From assembly GCA_964252035.1 (NCBI GenBank), contig OZ176214.1: a stretch of DNA of 64,000 bases. One strand, written 5' to 3'. The translations under genes and the position numbers were made by a program. Shown here piece by piece: positions 37,740-50,440 of the stretch. This stretch comes from Podarcis erhardii. Taxonomy: Eukaryota. The notes under the pieces are model-generated. The model was given only the letters and a program-made list of their open reading frames with translations, was not told where the DNA came from and searched no databases. The first letter of the stretch is position 1, and every line of letters starts with the position of its first letter.

Positions 37740-37832
37740 ATGGAAGGACAACACAGTCATCCTCATCATCTGGGGGACCAGAACAGCCCGCTCTGCAAAG
37801 TGGCAAGCCAGGAATACCAGCATGATGCACAA
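37740..37832 (+). CDS. NEK6: NEK6 first coding exon (exon spans 37711-37832, including 29 nt of 5' UTR): MEGQHSHPHHLGDQNSPLCKVASQEYQHDAQ
   Basis: Acceptor ttccacAG|agc at 37710 and donor CAA|GTAAGC at 37833, phase 0. ATG context is actATGg. The 31 aa His/Gln/Pro-rich peptide parallels human MAGQPGHMPHGGSSNNLCHTLGPVHPPDPQ and joins the next exon in frame. Confidence 0.85.
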
Positions 37833-38059
37833 GTAAGCAGCCGTTTTCTTTCTCATGGTCCTCTGCTTCAAATATTTAACAACTCTTAAAATCAATAATT
37901 ATTATCAAAATTTAGGATGCCATTAGCATTACAAAATCTATTTGTGGAAAGACAGGGAAGTTCCTGACCAGAATGCTTGAAGCAAGTGTTCCTCCCACAT
38001 CATACCAGCTAATCTTTTTCTTTATGTGACTGTGGAGTCACTGTAGTGTAGTGGTTAGA

Positions 38060-38320
38060 ATCACAAAACTGGGTCACCCAGTCCAACCGCCTGCAAAGCA
38101 GGAATCTCAGCTGAAGCATCCAGGACAGGTGGCCACCCAGCCTCTGGTTAAAAACCTCCAGTGAAGGAGAGGCCACGTCTCCTGAGGAAATCTGTTCCCC
38201 TACGGAACAACTCTTCTGTCAGAAAATTCTTCCTGATGTTTAGTCGGAATCTCCTTTCTTGTAACTTGAAGGCATTGGTTCAAGTCCTGCCCTCCAGAGC
38301 AGGAGAAAACAAGCTTGTTG
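38060..38320 (-). mobile_element. CR1 LINE 3' end
   Basis: cagtccaaccgcctgc...cagcctctggttaaaaacctccagtgaaggagag is the CR1 terminus in reverse. Confidence 0.75.
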
Positions 38321-38374
38321 GTCTTGGATTGGGGAAACCCATGTTTAAAATCCCCGTCCAGACACAAAAGGGCT

Positions 38375-39165
38375 AGTCCCTGCCAGCATACCTGCCTCAC
38401 AGGATTGCTATGATGGACTACTGCCATGCACTCTACGTGGGGCTACCTTTGAATGTGACTCAGAAATTACAACTACAGTCAAACCTCGGTTCCCGAATGA
38501 ATGCCTCCATTATCGTACATTTTGACTCCCTAATGTTGAAAACCCAGGAGTAAATGCTCCGGTTTTCAAGTGTTTTTCGGAACCTGAACATCCAAAGCGG
38601 CTTCCGCTTGAGTGCAAGAAGCTATTGCAACCAATGGGAAGTTGCGACTCGGTTGTCAAACGTTTTGGAAGTTGAACAGTCTTCCAGAACGGATTACGTT
38701 TGACAACTGAGTTTGACTGTAATCCAAAATGCAGCTGCCAGACTCATGACTGGAAGTGGCTGCCGAGACCATATAACACCGGTCCTGAAGGACCTAGATC
38801 GGCTCCCAGTACGGTTCTGAGCACAATACAAAGTGTTGGTGCTGACCTTTAAAGCCCTAAATGGCCTCGGCCCAGTAGACCTGAAGGAGCGTCTCCACCC
38901 CCATCGTTTAGCCCGGACATTGAGGTCTAGTGCCGAGGGCCTTCTGGCGGTTCCGTCCCTGCAAGTAGTGAAGTTACAGGGCACCAGGCAGAGGGCCTTC
39001 TCGGTAGTGGTGGCCGCCTTGTGGAACGCCCTCTCATCTCATCAGATGTCAAGGAAATAAACAACTATCTGACTTTTAGAAGACATCTGAAGGCAGCCCT
39101 GTACAGGGATGTCTTTAATGTTTGAGGGGTTTTTTGTGTTCTAATATTTTGTTGGAAGCTGCCCG
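38375..39165 (+). mobile_element. L2 LINE 3' fragment with nested MITE
   Basis: DYCHALYVGLPL..QKLQL|IQNAAARL.TG and LTFKALNGLGP..LKERL. Confidence 0.9.
38476..38719. mobile_element. Tc1/mariner MITE inside L2
   Basis: TA-cagtcaaacctcggtt...caactgagtttgactg-TA. Removing it restores L2 ...caacTAatccaaaat (QLIQN). Confidence 0.9.
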
Positions 39166-39879
39166 GAATGATGATGTTGTAATAAATGTTCAATCTCTCT
39201 TTCTATGGCCATGTCACATTTCTTAAGTGTAGTATTGCATATTGCGTATAGTCATGCATATTAAAGAGGTCTACTGTGAAGAAGCAATACTAGCTTTCCT
39301 TAAGCATTGGGTTGCTGTTGCCCATCAATACTGCAGAATTATGAATCCGGCAAGGCTCTTCCTGGAAAAGCAGTAACATTTGGATTGTGAGTCCTGCCAT
39401 TCATTGCTGAGCTAATTCATTAAGAGAGCAAAAGCGAAGTACAACAATGAGATCTAGAAAAAAACAATGAATAGCTTGTGAACACATGGTGCTCAGTGCT
39501 GCGTTGAAATAGCCTGTGTGGAACGCTCCCCCCCTCCCCTACTGCAGTAATTTGTCATATTAAGTCATTTAATAGTAATTGATCTCCTTGAATTAGCCAA
39601 GTTACATTTTAAGCAATTAGGGTTAATTACAGTCTCATTTGGCAGGATGGAGCCCATGTAATTATTCCATGAACAAGATTAGGAAGTGTTCTTACGCAGC
39701 AGATACATTCATGGCTTCTTAGAGCACATGTTGGAATTTCTAATGACATAGTTAAATGTAATTAGTGGCTAATACTGTCTTCTCCTGTGGGCCTGACAGG
39801 ATGCATCATTGTCAGAAGTGGTCATTTTAAAGTGCATTTTTGGCCACTTCCAGCCTCTGTTAAAGTTGTGTCTATACTC

Positions 39880-40230
39880 TTGGGCTCAAGACTGGAGATG
39901 GAGGAGGGAGACCAGTGAAGATGATTAAGGGTTTGGAAGCTTGTCCTGCAGAGAGGCTTAAAGAACTGGAACTACAAGAGAAAAGACTGAAGGTGGGGAT
40001 GATGTGGAAGCAGCTCTTGAGTCTCTTGGAGGCTATTATTAAAGAGGATAATGTATTGATCAGAGCTCCTGTTTAAGGTATTGAGAAGCCGCTTTCAATT
40101 AGATTTTAAGAAACATACTTGGCTGTACTAAGAATTAGGCAATGGAGCGGATAATCTCTGGAATCTGTGGAATTGCCTTCCATGGATGTTTGACGGACAG
40201 TGTCTGATGAGCTCTTTTTTTCTTTCAGTT
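39880..40230 (+). mobile_element. Old CR1 3' fragment
   Basis: gaccagtgaagatgattaagggtttggaag...gagaggcttaaagaactgg...agagaaaagactga. Confidence 0.6.
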
Positions 40231-40674
40231 TTTCAGTGAATTTTCTTACTTATTTCTGATCTTGTTCTAGATTTACTGAGCTTCTTGAATACATTTTTGT
40301 TCGTATTGATTGCAGTAGTTTACTGCTACATTATTAAATGTGGATCGATTTGTGATTTGATAAAGCTTAACAGATTTTGGCAGACTGGGTTTCTGACAGT
40401 TTGTTTTTGTATTGTTGACTATAATCCTAATACTTTATATTGTAGAGATTAAGAGTGAAATGACAGCTATTATTGTTAACTGAATCACTACACATTATTG
40501 AATTGACGTTAACAGGAGCTGATTTTTATTTTTTTTTAGAGAAGATTGTTGATTGAGAAAATGGAGTTGGTCTGATTGATATGTCAGGTATTTTGTGTCA
40601 TTTGTCTCAATGGGCAGTAAGGAGAGAAGATACCAGAAATAATTGTCCCATTTTTTCTCCTGGAATAATAATAA

Positions 40675-40900
40675 CCATAACCATAAAACAATAACAATAA
40701 TAATTTTATTATTATTTATACCCTACCCATCTGGCTGGATTGCCCCAGCTACTCTGGATGGCTCCCAGCACATATAAAAACATAATAAAACATTAAACAT
40801 TAAAAACTTCTCAATACAGGGCTGCCTTCAGGTGTCTTCTAAATGTTGTGTAGTTCTGTATTTCCTTGACATCCGATGGAAGGGTGTTCCAGAGGGAGGA
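40675..40900 (-). mobile_element. L2 3' end
   Basis: Family terminus ccatctggctgg...gggctgccttcag. Confidence 0.8.
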
Positions 40901-41844
40901 AATAAGAGTCATTTTAGCAAACTAGCTCAAGATGTATAAAAATATATCAATTATGCAATCATTGTTGTACTTCAAAATGTGATTGTCTTGGTAGACATTA
41001 AAATATTTTAGTACCACTCAGATCACAAAATGGATTTAAGTTATTTTAAAAGATCGTCCTTTTGGGGAGACTGTGGAGAGAACTTTTCAAAAAATAAATA
41101 GGGTTATTTTATGCTCAGCAGAGAGAAAATGTCTTAGGAATAGCCTTCATAAGTATGGGGTTCCTGAAAAGTCAGATGATAATCCTTTTAAATGGCACCA
41201 CTGTTTATCAGAACAGTTACATAGCCAGAAGCATGGGATGTCTTCCTTATCAGAGGGTATTTTGGTCTCCCAATGACTGGTTTAGGTCAGTGCCAGGATT
41301 AGGTCATCTGTTTTTCATCTTCTGTCCATGTTTTGATTAGATCTTATGACTGGTGATTAAGGATCTTTTACTGTAAAATTTTAGCAAAATGGTTAATCAG
41401 TGTAGGATAAAACTATTATCTAACCTTCCTCCAGAGATCGAGTTTCCCCACCCTGGGACTGCACACTGAACAGTGCACTATAAATTCCTAGAACTAAACA
41501 AACGATGACCAAGTATGGCTATTTGAAATTACTGGGCTTGCTTACTTTTGTATTTGTATCTTGATTGCATTTGTACTGGATTTCATCTATAACATTCTGA
41601 TATGCTGTAGAACAATAACTTTCTTAAAGTCAAAATTCATAACAACAACAAAAAAGATGGGTGAGTTTTGAGAATGCCTAAGGCAACCTGCTCCAACCTG
41701 GTGCCCTTTGGATGTTTTTGGATTGCAACCCCCATCCGCCCCAACCAGCAGAGCCAGGGGTGCAGGGTAGTGAGAGTTGAAGTCCAATATTATCTGGAGG
41801 GTACGAGGTTGGGGAAGGCTGGTTTAGAGAATTCAGGTACTATA

Positions 41845-42027
41845 CAGTGGTACCTTGGTTCTCAAACCTAATCCGTTCCAGAAGTCCGTTCCAAAACCAA
41901 AACATTCCAAAACCAAGGTGCGCTTTCCCATAGAAAGTAATGCAAAACGGATTAATCCGTTCCAGGCTGTTGAAAAACTACCCCTAAAATGCTTCTCCCC
42001 ACCACCCCAATCAGCACGATCTTTCGA

Positions 42028-42064
<37 letters not shown>

Positions 42065-42213
42065 ACGGAAGTGCAACACTAAAAATGGAAACTCAGGACA
42101 CGTTCAACTTAAAAATATATATATTGAGAACTGGAACGCTCACTTCTGGGTTTGCGACGTTCAGGTTCTAAGTTGTTCATGAACTAGGCTGTTTGAGAAC
42201 CAAGGAACCACTG
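41845..42213. mobile_element. Tc1/mariner MITE containing a (TC)n microsatellite
   Basis: TIRs cagtggtaccttggttctcaaac / gtttgagaaccaaggaaccactg. A TA precedes the left end. Confidence 0.85.
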
Positions 42214-42922
42214 GACGTAACTTTTGTGATCCATTGCAACTCTGGTTTTTGTTCTGAAAGGCAAAACATGCCTTTCACATTAACTGTCACATTGTCCACC
42301 AAACATACATCACAGGCACATAGACTTCTTGCGTTCTAAATGATTATGCAAAAGTGGGAGCAGTAGTTGTTTTGTGGGCTTTCATATACAGAGTTGGGGA
42401 ACCACTTTTGGGAAAGGGAATAAAGTTGCAACATTGACAGATAAATTGGTTACGTGCCACAATTAGCTGCATACACGTCCCGGAAGACTTGAAGAGGTGG
42501 TTTAGAATCATCCCTTGCTGCTCGTCTGCAGTATTTATATTTAGTGTTATAGTTAACCTTTTCCTTATGACTCACAATAGAACTTTCTATTTAGAAGTTT
42601 TCTAATTAGAGTAAGTGAATATATAACTAGAATTGCTGCCAGATTGTTGTCAGACCCACACTGCATTGGTGTAGGTTGGAACGGAGAGAATTTTCTTAGC
42701 TAAAGGTGGCAATAACTCAAAATTCGTTGGCATTTCTAATGGGGGAAATGTTTAAAATCTGCATTCTATTATTCTTGCTGCCTACTAATTTGGTTTGATA
42801 CTTTTATCAAGCTATTTCTTAGTGCTTGAAGCTAATGCAACAAATTAATTTTAGTTACTGTTGCCTTAAGTGAGACTTAAATAAAAATGGCTCCTGAAAT
42901 AATAATAATAGTAATAATAATA

Positions 42923-43263
42923 GGTAAAGGTAAAGGGACCCCTGACCATTAGGTCCAGTCGTGGCTGACTCTGGGGTTGCGGCGCTTATCTCGCTTTACT
43001 GGCTGAGGGAGCCGGCGTCCAGCTTCCAGGTCATGTGGCCAGCATGACTAAGCCGCTTCTGGCGAACCAGAGCAGTGCACGGAAATGCCGTATACCTTCC
43101 TGCCAGAGCGGTACCGATTTATCTACTTGCACTTTGACGTGCTTTCGAATGGCTAGGTTGGCAGGAGCAACGGGAGCTCACCCTGTTGCGGGGATTCGAA
43201 CCGCCGACCTTCTGATCAGCAAGTCCTAGGCTCTGTGGTTTAACCCACAGCGCCACCCGTGTC
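42923..43263 (-). mobile_element. Full-length Sauria SINE, next to the (TAA/TAG)n tail of an L2 3' end (43265-43436, -)
   Basis: ggtaaaggtaaagggacccctgacc...cacagcgccacccgtgtccc. Confidence 0.9.
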
Positions 43264-43274
43264 CCTAGTAGTAA

Positions 43275-43337
<63 letters not shown>

Positions 43338-43579
43338 GTAGTTTATACCCCACCTACCTGGCTGGGTTTCCCCAGCGACTTTGGGCAGTTCCCAACAGAA
43401 TATTAAAAACACGATAAAAACACGATAAAACATCAAGGGAACTCCACAGCTTGGTTTTCTGTTTCACAGTGTTCATGTTAACTTAAGACATTGTGGGTTC
43501 CTTTGTTCAGTTTTGATACATGTGGAACTGTCTTATTCCAAGACAGGTGATATGCCCATCCTCCAGGGTCTTCAGCAGA

Positions 43580-44690
43580 GAAGAGCGTTTTCTTTCCCCC
43601 CTTTTTATAATTTTTACAACAACAAAACATCACATAAAAAAGAAAAAACATAACGTATTTTTCGCCCTATAGGACGCACTTTCCCCCCTCCAAAATGAAG
43701 GGGAAATGTGTGTGTGTGTCCTATGGGGCAAATGCAGGCTTTCGCTGAAGCCTGGAGAGCGAGGGGGTCGGTGCGCACCAACCCCTCTCGCTCTCCAGGC
43801 TTCAGGAAGCTGTCCGCTAGCCGTGGGAGACGCAGCTCTCCCACGGCTAGCGGAGAGCTTGCCGGCACCCAGAAGCTTGGGGCGCGCTGGGCTCAGCATG
43901 CCCCAAGCTTCGGGCTTTGCGCAGCGCTCCGCAAAGTCGTGCGGCTCTCCCACAGCTAGCGGAGAGCTTGCTGGCACCCAGAAGCTTGGGGCGCGCTGAA
44001 TCCCCTGACTTCACCCTCGCCTCAGTTGCCTTGTTCTGTGTTGTTCATGCATGTCCATAAATTCTTTACCTCATTTTACTTTCCAATTTTATACCTTATC
44101 TATAATATTACAAGCATTTTTTGAAAAAATCCTGCTAATGTATTAACTTGTATGCATTGCTTTTGTATATATGCAATAAACATTCCCCATTCCTTTTTAA
44201 ATTTATTGTCTTCTTGGTTTCTAATTCTCCCGGTTAATTTAGCCATTTCCGCGTATTCCATTAACTTAGTTTGCCAGTCTTCTTTAGTGGGGACTTCCTC
44301 TTCTTTCCAGCGTTGTGCTAATAATATTCAAGTGGCCGTTGTTGCATACATAAACAAAGTCTTGTATTTTTTCGGTATGTCCAATCCTGTGATACCTAAT
44401 AAAAATGCTTCTGGTTTTTTAACGAATGTTATTTTGAACATTTTTTTTCAATTCATTATATATCATTTCCCTTTTTTAAAATAACCTTACATTGCCACCA
44501 CATGTGGTAAAAAGTGCCCTCCGCTGCTTTACATATCCAACACTTATTATCTTTTGTTTTATACATTTTTGCTAATTTAACCAGAATTAGGTACCATCTG
44601 TATAATATTTTCATATAATTCTCTTTAAGTAAAACACAGGCCGTAAATTTCATGTCATTCTTCCATAGTCTTTCCCAATCTATCATTTGA
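43580..44690 (-). mobile_element. L1-like LINE 3' fragment
   Basis: WERLWK..KFTAC..LKENY.K..YRWY...KLAKMY...CW.C...GTFYHMWW.C is the L1 ORF2 C-terminal Cys/His knuckle. Confidence 0.88.
43653..44005. mobile_element. Truncated Tc1/mariner (Tc2/pogo-like) MITE with internal hairpins
   Basis: Left TIR (a)cgtatttttcgccctataggacgcac, same family as 56205-56452. Right TIR missing. Confidence 0.75.
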
Positions 44691-45428
44691 ATCCAATGAA
44701 TTTGATTTTGAGAAGAGTGTTTTCAGTCTTCTTTGCAGATTTTTTTTTTAGCTGGAGATGCCATGGATTAAACCTAGAAACCTTTGCAGGCAAGGCATGT
44801 ATTCTGCCAGAATTTGCAGTGTTAATGTGTGTTTATATCTGCTTGTTCTCATATCTATTTGTGTGCTCTCTCTTGTGGAGCAACTGGACTGTCCCTGAGG
44901 AGGTTTAACGGTATGATACTTGCTCTATTCATGCTTCCCAATCAGTTGAGAAATATTGTTGCGTTCATGGATAGCAGCTGGGGCTTTATTTTGTGCAATT
45001 GCATTTTTTATTTTTTTAGCTGCAGACCTCATGTTGTGAGCAAAGTTGTTGAGTAGACAACACTCATGGTGCCCAATAAATGCTTTCTGCCCATACACTT
45101 TTCTCCAAGATGAAATGCATTGCAATATTCAGTGTGGTAACACCATGCTACATCATGGCTTCACCAATTCCCATGCGGCGTCAGTGCAGATGGCGTAGGC
45201 TGGAAGCATGTTATGAGGCTGACAAGGCAGGTCAGGTGCACCTTACAGATGCCTTTAATTGGCTCTCTACTGTGGTGTGTTCTGCTCAGGCAGACATTCA
45301 GCCTCTTGCCTTAGTTTTAAAAATAGGTATTTCCGCCTTCCCAGTACTGGCACATAAACATATACCACAGTGACACAATGAAGTATTTTTGCCAACTTTC
45401 AATTGTGTACCAACATACAGTTTCCGTA

Positions 45429-46660
45429 TTATTAAGCTGCCCATCTGACTGGTTGCCCCAGCCACTCTGGGCGGCTCCCAACAGGATACTAAAAGCACAA
45501 TAAAACATCAAACATTAAAAACTTCCTGATACAGGGCTACCTTCAGATGTCTCCTATTAGTTGTATGGTTCTTTATTTCCTGGGCATCTGATGGGAGAGT
45601 GTTCCACAGGGAGAACGCCACTGCTGCCAAGAAGGCCAACTGCCTGGTTCCATGTAACTCACTTCTCGCAGTGAGGGAACTACCAGAAGGCTTTTGGATC
45701 TGGGCCTCCATGTCTGGACTGGACAACAGGTAGAGACATTCCTTCAGGTATACTGAGCCGAGGCTGTTTAGGGCAGAGGTTGGCAACCTAATGCCCATGG
45801 GTCGGTTCCAGCCCATGAGCTTCCTGGAACCGGCCCACAGCTGTTCTGTGGATCAGCGTGGAGATTCCGTGTGTTTTTTTCAGCACTATTTTTTTTCTCG
45901 CCGCAGGGACCAACTTCTGAGTTGGAAGAGCCCTGGTAACAGCATGCACACGTGCACTCCATTGTCCCAGAAGTGTGCTGGAAATAGCTTGAGCGCACGC
46001 ACGGGCATGCAAGCTCTGGCCCACTGAGAGGTCTGCCGGGGAGTGGGCCAGACCAGCCTCAAAAAATGTTGCCAACCCCTGGTTTAGGGCTTTAAAGGTC
46101 CACATCAACACTTTGAATTATGCTCAGAAATGTCCTGGGAGCCAACGTAGATCCTTTAGGACTGGTGTTATATGGTTTCAGTGGCCACTCCCAGTCACCA
46201 GTCTGGCTGCCGCATTCTGGATTAGTTGTAGTTTCCGGGTCACCTTCAAAGGTAGCTCCATGTAGAGCGCATGGCAGTAGTCTAAGCGAGAGATAACCAG
46301 AGCATGCACCACTTCAGCAAGACAGTCTGCGGTCAGGAAGGGTCTCAGCCACGTAGCAGATGGAGCTGGTAGACAGCTGTCCTGGACACAGAAATGACCT
46401 GTGCCTTCATGGATGACTCCCAGGCTGCACATCTGGTCCTTCAGGGGCACAGTTACCCCGTTCAGGACCAGGAGTCCCCCACCCCCACTGCCCACCCCCG
46501 TCCCCCAGAAACAGTATTTCTGTCTTGTCGGGATTCAACCTCAATTTGTTAACCTCCATGCATCTTCCAGCTGCATCCAGACACTCACACAGGACCTTCA
46601 CCACCTTCACTGGTTCCAGTGTAAATGAGAGGTAGAGCTGGGTATCATTCTCATATTTTT
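45429..46660 (-). mobile_element. L2 LINE 3' fragment
   Basis: NKLRLNPDKTEIL, VHALVISRLDYCHALY.ELPLKVTRKLQLIQNAAARLVTG. Confidence 0.9.
45774..46081. mobile_element. hAT MITE inside L2
   Basis: TIRs cagaggttggcaac / gttgccaacccctg with a perfect TSD GTTTAGGG (45766-45773, 46082-46089). Confidence 0.92.
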
Positions 46661-46814
46661 ATCAGACCTTAGAGTAACTGATATTGGATCAAATTTATGG
46701 TGAATTTGGAACTAAATAAATGATGCATTGGGACCTTGTGAAATATTCAGGGAGGTTCAACTTCATAGAAGAAAGGGGGGAAAGCATTTTTTTTGGGGGG
46801 GGAATCCCTTCACC

Positions 46815-46960
46815 ATGGGGGTAGCCAGGATTTTTGTTGGGGGGCAGGACTTTGTTGAGGGGACAGGAATTTTGTTAGGGGGGCAGAACCGATGTGATTG
46901 GTCAGTTAGTTAAGTATCTCGATGTTTTACTTGATATAGGGGGGCAGCTGCCCTTAACTC
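46815..46960. mobile_element. Possible PIF/Harbinger-type MITE remnant
   Basis: ggggtagccaggatttttgttgggggg resembles Harbinger MITE ends. Boundaries unclear. Confidence 0.35.
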
Positions 46961-49408
46961 CTACATGGGTTGATGGTAGGAGGGCAGAAAGACTTGGGCT
47001 CAGAGACCATTGTGCCAAAGGGCGAGCTTCCTCCAAGCCCCCTTCTTTTCTCTCCCGCCACCTCTGATAGCTTCGGAGACGGGGAGGAGAGGTCTGTCTT
47101 CTTCTTTGGCCCACTGGTGGCTTCCAGTGGAGAGTGGAGTTACAGCTCTTTATGTCAGCTGAGGTGTGCTCAGCCAAAACAAGTTACTGCCTCTCATCCC
47201 TACACGGTGCCTTCTGCCTGCTGTTAGGTATCCTTTTTTTTGGCCGCAGGAGAAAATTTAGAAGAGCAGCCCATGACTGTAGACGGTTTGGATGACAAGC
47301 AGTGGGTTGATTTTGTGGCCTAGCATTTCTCTTTCTTTTTACCACTCCCACCCCCCATTTAGACTGTAAGCGTGTCTGCTGTGGACACAATATTTTACTA
47401 ATAACTGTCTAAACATGGCGGGAAAATGGCCTGCTCTAATAAATACGGAAGTTTTGGCATGTTTTGGTCTGACCTGGATATGCTCCTTTTGTTCATGCTA
47501 TAATTTTACATCCTCTCTTTGGCTCCATTGCTTTAATTAGGTCTGATAGGTTGTGATAGCAAATGCAAATCTAGGTCATTGCATATGTAAATGTGCAGCT
47601 GTAGCCTTGGCGGATGCCAGAGTCTATCAGCTGAGGTGTCCGGTCGTTTCCCAGCATTAATGGGGCTTGGTGAGCCGACTTCTGTGGCTGAGCCATATTG
47701 CAAGGAGTGAGAACTTGTCTGCAGGAAACTATGCTGCTCTGCTCCCGTGTTTTGTTTTTTCAGGTGCAGAAGGCAGCAGAGAACTGCTCTTGGCATTCCT
47801 TTAATGTACTGATGTGCATGAGAATGTTATCATTACTTATTGCGTATTTCAAGCCTTTTATGCATAATTATGATATCTTGTTGCATCCTCTGTTTACTGG
47901 ACTATATATTGGAGTGGGTGGTGGGGTTGTATGATGATAGAACTGCATAGTGCATATAAAGTTCTGTGTAGAAGTTACTGCTCCTCATGTTTGTTGTCAG
48001 AAAAAGCTGTGATGTTTTGAGCTTCATCTGACATACCAGATTCTGGCTTAGCTACACGGGATGTAGTTATCCCTGCTACCGTTCCAGCTTCTAAGCCTGC
48101 ACCCAGCTTTGAAAGCACAGTTCAGAATCATTGAGCTTTGCAGGACCTTTCCATCTCTGCAGTAGTTCCTATTGTCCAGTTACTGATTCATGCCAGCGCT
48201 GGAATCTCAGGCATCCTTCCTGAAGCCCGCACAACAGTTGAGGCAAGGGCTTTCCAAAACAGTATTGAATACTGATTGGTTCAGTAAATTCTGCTAAAAA
48301 TGGTGCATCTTGTGAAGTGGAATGTGGATCTTGTATCTCCTACTATGCTGTAAAAATGTTACTAAGCCATTGTACCGTTTGCTTTGGGGAAACCCTTGTT
48401 TTCATAGCAGGAAACACCATGACAAAGTTGGTGCCATTTACAGTTAAAAGCTCTCAACTCCAAAATCCCTCAGGCCTGCATTGAATAGTGAAGGATCTGA
48501 ATACATTTGAGAGGATGTGGGGCAGTTGTTTTTTCAGGGGGTGGTTTAAAGTAGACATTAGTAAATCATAAGTTTTGTACAGCAGTACAGAGTTCAGTCA
48601 CTCTGTTTCTTACAGCTTCTGACTAGTTCTTAATCTCTGTTTTTCATATGTTTTTCATATGTTGTTGCTTTGCTGTTTTCATTCTTATTTACCATTTTGC
48701 TTGTTTTTATTGTTTTACTTTTTTAAAAAAAGTCCTTTGTAAATTGCTCTAGGAGCCATTTTTGGAACTGAAAAGCAAGGTTAACAACAACATTTCCTGA
48801 CTTACAGCTAAATAAATAAATAAATAGCCACTGAAAGATTCTGTGGAGGCAACGTTTGAAACTGTCTTGGTTGGTAGGTTGATCCACCTAGCTCTGGGGT
48901 AGCCAAAGTGGTTCCCTCCAGATATTGGACTCCCACTCCTATCAGTCCCAGTGAGCATGGCCAATGGTTAGGGAGTTGTAATCCAGCAACTTCTGGAGGG
49001 AGCTATCTTTGATCTAAGCCAGCACTGTATGCTCTAGCTTGCAGCTCTCCCTGGTCTCATACAGAAGTCTTTCCAGAGTCTCCTTCCAGTGATCCCTTTT
49101 ACATAGTGGTACCATAGAGTTGACCTGAAACCGTTTGCAGAATGCTTTACCATTTGTCTATGGTCCCTCCCAGAAATAATGCCACAAACCACTCTTACAA
49201 GCATATAGCACTATAGCTCACCTTTATAGGCATCTATCTTCCTTTCACAGGTCAGCCTGATATAGGTGGCTCTGAAATACTTTTGCTGGGAGAGGTTTGA
49301 TCTAGTGGAAGAGCTCTGCTTCAGTTGCCTTCTGATTTAGTATAGCATTATGGTAGTAGGAATATATGTTTTCATTTAACCCACTATCCTCTTTTTCTCC
49401 TCAAACAG

Positions 49409-49549
49409 AGGCATCTGACTTCATACCCTTATCGCTGCACCTTAGCAGACTTTCAGATAGAGAAGAAAATTGGACGAGGACAATTCAGTGAAGTCTACAA
49501 AGCTACTTGCCTTCTGGACAGAAAACCAGTGGCATTAAAGAAAGTACAG
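49409..49549 (+). CDS. NEK6: NEK6 coding exon: RHLTSYPYRCTLADFQIEKKIGRGQFSEVYKATCLLDRKPVALKKVQ (kinase subdomains I-II)
   Basis: AG/GT boundaries (caaacAG|, CAG|GTGAGC), 141 nt, phase 0. It contains the Gly loop IGRGQFSEVY and the catalytic Lys. ADFQIEKK and KATCLLDRK match NEK6 rather than NEK7 (ANFRIEKK, RAACLLDGV). Confidence 0.97.
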
Positions 49550-50377
49550 GTGAGCATCGGAATACCCAAGTAAGATTGGATGAATGTGCCTCTTGGTGGC
49601 ACAAATGGGCAAGTCGTGTACCTCTTCGCTTCTTGGAACTGTTTTTACCTGTGGATGGATCAGACAGCAGCTACTTATAGATATCCATTTGTGGAGTTGG
49701 CCATGAACCAGAAGCCTACCTTCTTTGTTGTATAAAATGTTACAATCTTTAATATTTTTGGCTCCCTTCTACCATATGCTGTAGGCTGGATTTTGATTTT
49801 ACATGGGCCTATTTTGGGTATCTCTTTAGTATACCCAAGCTACTCTCATATAAAATAGTGAATAGCCCTCTGATTATTAGGATGAATATCTAAGCCTCTT
49901 TGCTTTTAATTAGTGCAGAGGAATATGCAAAAGAAGGCAATTTATTTTATCAATAGGAAAGGAGAGTCTAATTGTGTAACCCAAAAAGTCTTAGATCATT
50001 ATTTGTACTCATTTCCTTGGCACTTTTCAGCGTATTCTTAAGATACACATTTATGTATACAGTATAATGTAATTACTTTGGTTTGTGTGGTTTGTTTGCT
50101 TGTTTGTGTTTATTAAGGTCAACAAATTGATGAGAAAACAACAAACTTAATAATACTTTATCCAGTTGTATTTATGTGCTAAATGCTGGTGCTACTGTTT
50201 CTGCTTTGTTTGCAGGTCTTTTTCATTCTTAAGAACCCCAAGAAACTAGGGAGCTTTAGAAAGGTCATGGTTGCCCAGGAGATAAGATAATTTAGGGATG
50301 ATCTAGAATCTTAAACATGTGGGAACATCCATATTTTTTGCTTGACTTTCAACATGTAACTCTCTTTCCTTTTGAAG

Positions 50378-50440
50378 ATATTTGAAATGATGGATGCCAA
50401 GGCTAGACAAGATTGCATTAAAGAAATAGACCTTTTGAAG
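50378..50440 (+). CDS. NEK6: NEK6 coding exon: IFEMMDAKARQDCIKEIDLLK (helix C)
   Basis: tttgaAG| acceptor and AAG|GTAAGA donor, 63 nt, phase 0. IFEMMDAKARQD is NEK6-type. Confidence 0.97.

Noticed and set aside
49586-49600. CTCF-like motif just downstream of exon 3
   Set aside because: It has at least two mismatches at core positions.
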